64,000 nt of DNA from the NCBI GenBank assembly GCA_049115575.1, contig JAGDZU010000004.1:252294-316293 (forward strand), read 5' to 3'. The DNA is from Bacteroidia bacterium (GTDB taxonomy: Bacteria > Bacteroidota > Bacteroidia > NS11-12g > UBA9320). Of the stretch, positions 58,194-64,000 are shown piece by piece. The notes below the pieces were generated by a model. The model worked only from the letters and a program-made list of their open reading frames with translations, was not told the DNA's origin and ran no database searches. The position numbers and the translations under genes were made by a program. Within the stretch, counting starts at the first letter, position 1, and the number at the start of each line of letters is the position of its first letter.

Positions 58194-59500
58194 TGGGTAC
58201 ATTTATCATAGAAGGTGGTCATAAGCTTAAAGGGAGCTTGAAACCGCAAGGCGCAAAAAATGAGGCGCTACAAGTTCTCTGCGCTGTGCTACTTACTTCT
58301 GAAAAGGTTGAAATAAGTAACATCCCTGAGATTAGAGATATCAATAGAATGATAGATCTTCTCAAGGGATTGAAAGTAAAAGTAGAGCGCTTGTCTAAGG
58401 GGCATTATTCCTTTCAAGCAGATGAGATTGATTTAGAATACTTTCACACAGAGGAATTCAAAAAGAAAGGAGCATCAATCAGAGGTTCCATTATGATTAT
58501 TGGGCCCCTGTTGGCTCGTTTTGGAATTGGGTACATACCAAGTCCTGGAGGAGACAAAATAGGAAGAAGGCGATTAGATACCCATTTTATAGGATTTGAA
58601 AAGCTTGGCGCCAAGTTTGAGTATGACGATCACAGTCGATTTTATAAAGTAAGTGCAGATAACCTGCAAGGGGAATACATGCTATTGAGTGAAGCTTCTG
58701 TTACAGGAACAGCCAACATATTAATGGCTGCTGTAATGGCAAAAGGAAAAACCACCATTTACAACGCTGCTTGTGAACCTTATTTGCAACAGTTGTGTCG
58801 CATGCTAAATTCAATGGGCGCAAAGATTACAGGTATTGGCTCAAATCTGCTAGAAATTGAAGGCGTAAGCTCTATGAACGGTTGCGAACACCGCATACTT
58901 CCAGACATGATTGAAATTGGAAGTTTTATTAGTCTCGCTGCGCTCACAAATTCTGACATTACCATAGAAAACGCTCAAGTGGACCAATTGGGTTTAATAC
59001 TTGAAGTATACAGGAAACTAGGTGTTCAGTTTAAAGTTGTAGGAGATGATATTGTTGTTTCCAACAATGAGCATTTTGAAATCGATTCTTTCATAGATGG
59101 CAGTATGATGAGTGTTGCTGATGCACCTTGGCCAGGTCTGTCTCCAGATTTACTAAGTGTAATTCTGGTTATGTGTACCCAAGCCAAAGGAAATGTGCTC
59201 ATACACCAAAAGATGTTTGAGAGTCGTTTGTTCTTTGTGGATCATTTGATTGACATGGGTGCTCAAATCATTTTGTGTGATCCTCACCGAGCAACAGTTA
59301 TGGGCTTAGACAGACGCGTACCATTAAAGGGAATAACCATGACATCTCCAGACATTAGAGCTGGAGTTTCACTTTTGATAGCTGCCATGTCTGCAAAAGG
59401 AAAAAGCACTATACACAACATTGAGCAGATAGATAGAGGATACGAGGAAATTGAGAAAAGGTTGAACCCTTTAGGTGCAAAAATCACTAGAATAGATTGA
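58193..59500 (+). CDS. murA: UDP-N-acetylglucosamine 1-carboxyvinyltransferase
   Basis: The EPSP-synthase-fold motifs are present, with the catalytic Cys in GGDKIGRRRLDTH. It is 435 aa. Confidence 0.9.
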   Translation: MGTFIIEGGHKLKGSLKPQGAKNEALQVLCAVLLTSEKVEISNIPEIRDINRMIDLLKGLKVKVERLSKGHYSFQADEIDLEYFHTEEFKKKGASIRGSIMIIGPLLARFGIGYIPSPGGDKIGRRRLDTHFIGFEKLGAKFEYDDHSRFYKVSADNLQGEYMLLSEASVTGTANILMAAVMAKGKTTIYNAACEPYLQQLCRMLNSMGAKITGIGSNLLEIEGVSSMNGCEHRILPDMIEIGSFISLAALTNSDITIENAQVDQLGLILEVYRKLGVQFKVVGDDIVVSNNEHFEIDSFIDGSMMSVADAPWPGLSPDLLSVILVMCTQAKGNVLIHQKMFESRLFFVDHLIDMGAQIILCDPHRATVMGLDRRVPLKGITMTSPDIRAGVSLLIAAMSAKGKSTIHNIEQIDRGYEEIEKRLNPLGAKITRID

Positions 59501-60015
59501 GAACTCTTCGCAACATAGCATTGACTTTTTTGCTTGCCATTCTGTGTACGGCATCTTCTCATGTGCTTCATCCAGTTGTGGGAGAAAAGGCTCCAGAAAT
59601 ATCAATGCCAAATGCTCAAGGAGATATTTTAAAACTAAGTGATCTCAAAGGCAAATTGGTTCTCATTGATTTCTGGGCTAGCTGGTGTAGGTCTTGCCGT
59701 GTAGACAATCAAGTTCTCAAACGCATGATCACACGTTATGAACAAAGAAGCTTTAAAACCGGAGAAGGATTTGATATATATAGTGTGAGTTTAGATACGG
59801 ACAAACAGGTATGGATGCAAGCTATTGCAAATGACAAGCTTAATTGGGACAATCATGTATGCGACTTTAAAAAATGGGATAGCCTTGTTGTAAAATCATA
59901 CAACTTCAAATATCTCCCACATAATTTACTCATAGATGGGAATGGTGTAGTTCTCGCCAAGAATCTGTATAAAGAAAAGCTCAAGGCTTTTTTAGAATCA
60001 CAACTAACTGACTAA
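59497..60015 (+). CDS. TlpA-like thiol-disulfide oxidoreductase (thioredoxin fold, AhpC/TSA family)
   Basis: It has a signal peptide, and WASWCRSC is the CxxC active site. Confidence 0.75.
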   Translation: MRTLRNIALTFLLAILCTASSHVLHPVVGEKAPEISMPNAQGDILKLSDLKGKLVLIDFWASWCRSCRVDNQVLKRMITRYEQRSFKTGEGFDIYSVSLDTDKQVWMQAIANDKLNWDNHVCDFKKWDSLVVKSYNFKYLPHNLLIDGNGVVLAKNLYKEKLKAFLESQLTD

Positions 60016-60017
60016 GC

Positions 60018-60069
60018 ACATCCCCTCACACCCCGCACCCCACACCTCACACCTCACACCTCACACCCA
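60018..60069. repeat. C/A-rich simple-sequence tract with about four tandem CACACCT heptamers
   Basis: The sequence is tcccctcacaccccgcacccc(acacctc)3acaccc. The opposite strand is G-rich with several GGGG runs. It is intergenic between the redoxin gene and grpE. Confidence 0.6.
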
Positions 60070-60128
60070 ATCTGCCACATTGTCTTTTGGCTTCAATTTT
60101 GCAATAAGACCCATAGATTAAATAAAAT

Positions 60129-60656
60129 ATGACCAAGGAGGAATCAAAACCTGTAGAAGAACAGGAAGAAGTTCAGAATCAAGAAGAGAATGCTCAAGAA
60201 GAAAAAGCAGCGGAACTCAGTCCAGAAGACAAAATTAACGAGCTGAACGACAAGTACTTACGTCTTTATTCTGAATTTGATAATTTCAGAAGAAGAACGG
60301 CAAAAGAACGCTTGGATTTGTTGAGAAATGCTTCAGAAGAATTGATGCAAGAATTGCTGCCTATCATGGATGACTTTGACAGAGCTGCTAAGGCCATGGC
60401 AGACTCAGATGACATTTCGTCTATAAAACAAGGAGTGGAATTGGTACATCATAAATTCAAGAGCACGTTGGAAAACAAAGGTTTAAAGAAATTTAGGGTT
60501 GTTGGGAAAGCCTTTGATCCTGACTTTCACGAAGCAGTAACCAAAATTCCTGCACCTAAAAAGAAGTTGAAAGGAAAAGTAGTAGATGTTATTGAAGAAG
60601 GATATATGATCAACGACAAGGTTCTTAGATATGCTAAAGTGGTTGTAGGAGAATAA
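60129..60656 (+). CDS. grpE: Nucleotide exchange factor GrpE
   Basis: It has an acidic N-terminus, a long helix, and the GrpE beta-domain with the family-typical motifs. Confidence 0.9.
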   Translation: MTKEESKPVEEQEEVQNQEENAQEEKAAELSPEDKINELNDKYLRLYSEFDNFRRRTAKERLDLLRNASEELMQELLPIMDDFDRAAKAMADSDDISSIKQGVELVHHKFKSTLENKGLKKFRVVGKAFDPDFHEAVTKIPAPKKKLKGKVVDVIEEGYMINDKVLRYAKVVVGE

Positions 60657-61780
60657 TGGCAAAAAGAGATTATTATGAAGTTCTTGGGGTGAGCAAATCA
60701 GCCACTGCCGATGAGATGAAAAAAGCTTATCGCAAGTTGGCTATTAAATACCATCCAGATAAGAACCCAGACGATAAAGAGGCTGAAGAAAAATTCAAAG
60801 AGGCTGCCGAAGCCTATGAAGTTCTCAGCAATGCAGAGAAGCGTCAGCAATACGACCAATTTGGCCACGCCGGAATGAATGGCGGTGGTGGATTTGGCGG
60901 TGGTGGAATGAATATGGAAGACATATTCAGTCACTTTGGCGATATTTTCGGAGATATGGGTGGAAGCCCATTTGAAAGCTTCTTTGGAGGAGGGGGCGGC
61001 GGTAGACGTAGAGGAAGAACTTCAGTAGGGTCTAACATTCGAATAAAGCTCAAACTCAATCTGGAAGAGATTACTAAAGGAGTTGAGAAAAAAATAAAAT
61101 TCAAAAAGAAAGTTGTAGCAGACGGAGTCACTTTTGATACCTGTTCAACATGTAATGGTCGCGGCCAGGTGACACGTGTTCAAAATACATTCCTAGGTCA
61201 AATGCAAACTTCATCTCCTTGCCCCACTTGTGGCGGACAAGGGAAGAAGATTAAAAACATACCTTCCGGGGCAGATGGCATGGGTCTAAAAACTCAAGAG
61301 GTGACTACAACCATAAATATACCTGCTGGTGTTTCAGATGGGATGCAATTATCGGTTCAAGGAAAAGGAAACGAAATTGCTGGAGGAGTATCTGGAGATT
61401 TGATTGTGCAAATCGAAGAAATTCCACATGAGCATTTACACAGAGATGGAAACAATGTAGTTTACAATTTGCACATTAGCTTTCCTCAAGCCGCATTAGG
61501 AGCTGAAATAGAAGTACCCACTGTAACGGGTAAGGCTCGCATTAAAATTGAATCAGGCACACAGTCTGGCAAAATATTAAGACTAAGAGGGAAAGGTGTT
61601 CCAGATGTAAATGGCTACAGAGCAGGAGATCAGTTAATCTATATTAATGTATTTACGCCAACCAAACTGAACAGTCAAGAAAAGGAATTGATGAAGGAAT
61701 TATTGGAATCTGAGAATTTCACTCCAGACCCAAGCAAGGAAAAAGGCTTCTTTGAAAAAATGAAAGATTTCTTTCATTAA
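60656..61780 (+). CDS. dnaJ: Molecular chaperone DnaJ
   Basis: The J-domain has the HPD motif (YHPDKN). It has a G/F-rich linker, four CxxCxGxG zinc repeats, and a C-terminal domain. Confidence 0.9.
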   Translation: MAKRDYYEVLGVSKSATADEMKKAYRKLAIKYHPDKNPDDKEAEEKFKEAAEAYEVLSNAEKRQQYDQFGHAGMNGGGGFGGGGMNMEDIFSHFGDIFGDMGGSPFESFFGGGGGGRRRGRTSVGSNIRIKLKLNLEEITKGVEKKIKFKKKVVADGVTFDTCSTCNGRGQVTRVQNTFLGQMQTSSPCPTCGGQGKKIKNIPSGADGMGLKTQEVTTTINIPAGVSDGMQLSVQGKGNEIAGGVSGDLIVQIEEIPHEHLHRDGNNVVYNLHISFPQAALGAEIEVPTVTGKARIKIESGTQSGKILRLRGKGVPDVNGYRAGDQLIYINVFTPTKLNSQEKELMKELLESENFTPDPSKEKGFFEKMKDFFH

Positions 61781-61854
61781 TCCTTAGTTCTTAATTTAAT
61801 GGTTTTGGTCGAAAGACTGAGAACACTTAGATCTCATACCGTTTATTTGCTTGA

Positions 61855-62760
61855 ATGAACATCCTAAAAATACATGAAGTTTCTAAAATCTATGCCAACC
61901 ATACGGCATTAGATAAAGTGAGCTTTGATGTTCCTAAAGGCAAAATATTTGGGCTACTTGGCCCCAATGGTGCAGGTAAAACCTCATTGATTCGTATTAT
62001 CAATCAAATTACAGCACCAGATCACGGCTATATCCATTTCGATGGAGAAGAGCTCAATTCAAATCACATAAAACGTATTGGTTACCTTCCTGAAGAGCGA
62101 GGTTTATATAAAAAGATGCAGGTCTATGATCAGCTGCTCTATTTTGCTCGGCTCAAAGGACTTAATAAAAGCAAGGCTCATCAAACTATAGATTACTGGC
62201 TTGAAAAGTTTGAAGCACTTGACTGGAAAAAGAAAAAGATTGAGGAATTATCTAAGGGCATGCAACAGAAAATACAGTTCATCATCACTGTATTGCATCA
62301 ACCTGATTTTATCATCTTAGATGAACCCTTTACAGGATTTGACCCTAAGAATACGCAATTAATCAAAGATGAAATATTTGGCATGAAGGAAGGGGGTAAA
62401 AGTGTAATGCTATCCACCCATAGAATGGAATCCGTAGAAGAAATCTGCGATGAAGTGGTTCTGATTAACAAAGCAAAAGTGATTAGGCAAGGACAAGTTG
62501 ACTCCATTAGGCATGAATTAAAAGAAGACCTTTTTGAGGTTATTTATGATGGCGAACATGATGCAGGGGTTGTTGAGGGCATTGAATTACTTCATCAAGA
62601 ACACAATCAAGGACATACCACTATTTCCTTCAAATTCAAGGATGGTGTTGCTCCCAATATTCAAAACTTCACGGATAAGAATATTGAGATTAAGCAGTAC
62701 AGAGAGCTAATTCCCAGTATGCAGGAAGTGTTTCTAAAACTAACTGAAGAAGATGCGTAA
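61855..62760 (+). CDS. ABC transporter ATP-binding protein (ABC-2 type)
   Basis: Walker A is GPNGAGKTS, the signature is LSKGMQQK, and Walker B is ILDEP. It carries an extra C-terminal domain. Confidence 0.85.
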   Translation: MNILKIHEVSKIYANHTALDKVSFDVPKGKIFGLLGPNGAGKTSLIRIINQITAPDHGYIHFDGEELNSNHIKRIGYLPEERGLYKKMQVYDQLLYFARLKGLNKSKAHQTIDYWLEKFEALDWKKKKIEELSKGMQQKIQFIITVLHQPDFIILDEPFTGFDPKNTQLIKDEIFGMKEGGKSVMLSTHRMESVEEICDEVVLINKAKVIRQGQVDSIRHELKEDLFEVIYDGEHDAGVVEGIELLHQEHNQGHTTISFKFKDGVAPNIQNFTDKNIEIKQYRELIPSMQEVFLKLTEEDA

Positions 62761-64000
62761 TATTCCATTGGTCATAAGTCGGGAATACCTGACTAGAGTT
62801 AAAAAGAAGAGTTTTATCATAATGACATTACTCGCTCCAGTTCTAATCTCTGCATTCTATGGAGGGATTATCTGGGTGAGCACTAATGATCAGGTAGGTG
62901 CAAAGGATAAATTCATAGTAGTTAATGATGAATCAGGAGTTTTTCGAGGGAAAATTGATAAAGTCAATACGGTAAATTTCAGCTTTCAAGATGAATACAA
63001 CAGAGATTCGCTTTTAGCAGGAACAGCCGATGGGTTTATTCATATAAAAGAAGTAGATCTTCATAAGCCGCTCCAAATTGCATACGAATCACAAGGAAGT
63101 CTATCTGCCAAAGAAACATCGAGCATAGAGAACGCCTTTAAAAATGAAATGGAACGGATTAAGCTCGAGGAGCTTGGAGTGAGCCAAGGAGCTATGGATA
63201 GCCTCAATTCTAAGGTGAACATTAACGAATTGAAAATTGATGAAAACGGAAAGGCTAAGTCCAACAGTATTATTATAAATACCATAGTTGGAATGGGGCT
63301 TTCAATCATGATCTATTTCTTCATATTCCTATATGGTGTGCAAGTGATGAGAGGCGTAATTGAAGAAAAAACAAATCGTATAGTGGAGCTTATGATATCC
63401 TCGCTAAAACCATTTGAATTGATGATGGGAAAGGTGATAGGAATAGCCGCTGTTGGTTTAACTCAATTGGGAATCTGGATTGTTCTATCTACCGTATTAA
63501 CATTGATTATCAGCACAATTTTTGGAATTGATATGTCACAAGGTATGGACGCAAATCCTATGATGGCCTCAGGTCAAGTTCCGGAGATGAATGGAAAACT
63601 GACAAACATTATTGCTGCCTTTATAGATTTACCATTGCTCAAAATCTTTGGACTTTTCATCTTCTATTTCCTAGGTGGATATTTACTATATGGAGCCCTT
63701 TTTGCTGCTATTGGCTCTGCGGTTGACTCTGAGACAGACACTCAACAGTTCATGATGCCAGTTACGCTGCCATTGGTATTCTCATTTATAGTTTCATTCT
63801 CTGTGGTTATAAATGATCCAAATGGAGTTTTGGCCGTATGGTTATCCATGATACCTATAAGCTCCCCAATAGTAATGATGTCTCGCATCCCTTTTGACCC
63901 ACCTACATGGCAAATTGTATTGTCTATGATCAGCCTTGTTTTAACCATTCTTTTGGTAATATGGCTAGCGGGAAGGATCTATCGAACAGGGATCTTAATG
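62750..64000 (+). CDS. ABC-2 family transporter permease; the 3' end lies outside the window
   Basis: The ATG overlaps the ATPase stop by 11 nt. It has an N-terminal TM helix, a periplasmic domain of about 150 aa, and then multiple TM helices. The frame stays open to the window edge. Confidence 0.6.

Noticed and set aside
60070-60128. CIRCE heat-shock operator (TTAGCACTC-N9-GAGTGCTAA) upstream of grpE
   Set aside because: It was searched for by eye. No match was found in the grpE upstream region.
61855-62760. Naming the ABC ATPase as gliding-motility GldA
   Set aside because: Only generic ABC-2 ATPase motifs are visible. The downstream permease looks like a NatB/YhaP-type and not GldF. The identity cannot be supported without a similarity search.
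1-64000. tRNA/rRNA genes, CRISPR arrays, IS elements and integrases
   Set aside because: All intergenic gaps are 150 bp or shorter, AT-rich, and lack cloverleaf-compatible GC stems. There are no direct-repeat/spacer arrays and no transposase-like or integrase-like ORFs.

Overview
This is a 64 kb chromosomal segment that is AT-rich and densely packed with genes, most of them overlapping or translationally coupled. Several features point to Bacteroidota (Flavobacteriia/Cytophagia-like). There is a SusC/SusD pair, an rpoN gene, the DUF4290-murA arrangement, TAnnTTTG -7 promoter motifs and a CNNM/GldE-like protein. Most genes are housekeeping. They include an iscS-iscU-iscA Fe-S operon, pth, rbfA, aconitase, rpoN, asnS, folA, nadC, obg-adk, holB, recR, uppP, leuS, murA, grpE-dnaJ, fumarylacetoacetase and an aldehyde dehydrogenase. 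I found no tRNA or rRNA genes, no CRISPR array, and no transposase or integrase.

The most interesting locus is a glycoconjugate operon at about 30.6-40.8 kb. A divergent Wzx-like flippase faces an operon encoding a UDP-sulfoquinovose-synthase (SQD1/SqdB)-like enzyme, two GT2 glycosyltransferases, a PIG-L/LmbE deacetylase, an ATP-grasp ligase, a GT4-like transferase and a YfhO-family membrane protein. The operon runs straight into holB. The SQD1-like protein carries the YH-x2-K active-site signature.

Two other candidates are worth a second look. One is a coupled trio at 23-26 kb: a small membrane protein, a kinase-like/PrmA-like methyltransferase fusion, and a membrane-anchored sulfatase/LTA-synthase-like protein. 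The other is a coupled epimerase, AI-2E transporter and TPR-adenylyl cyclase triad at 6.4-9.8 kb.

Several start codons in the ORF track look over-extended (obg, leuS, sqdB-like, DUF4290, the second methyltransferase), and I propose corrected starts for each. Three strong rho-independent terminators and a conspicuous C/A-rich heptamer repeat upstream of grpE are also called.
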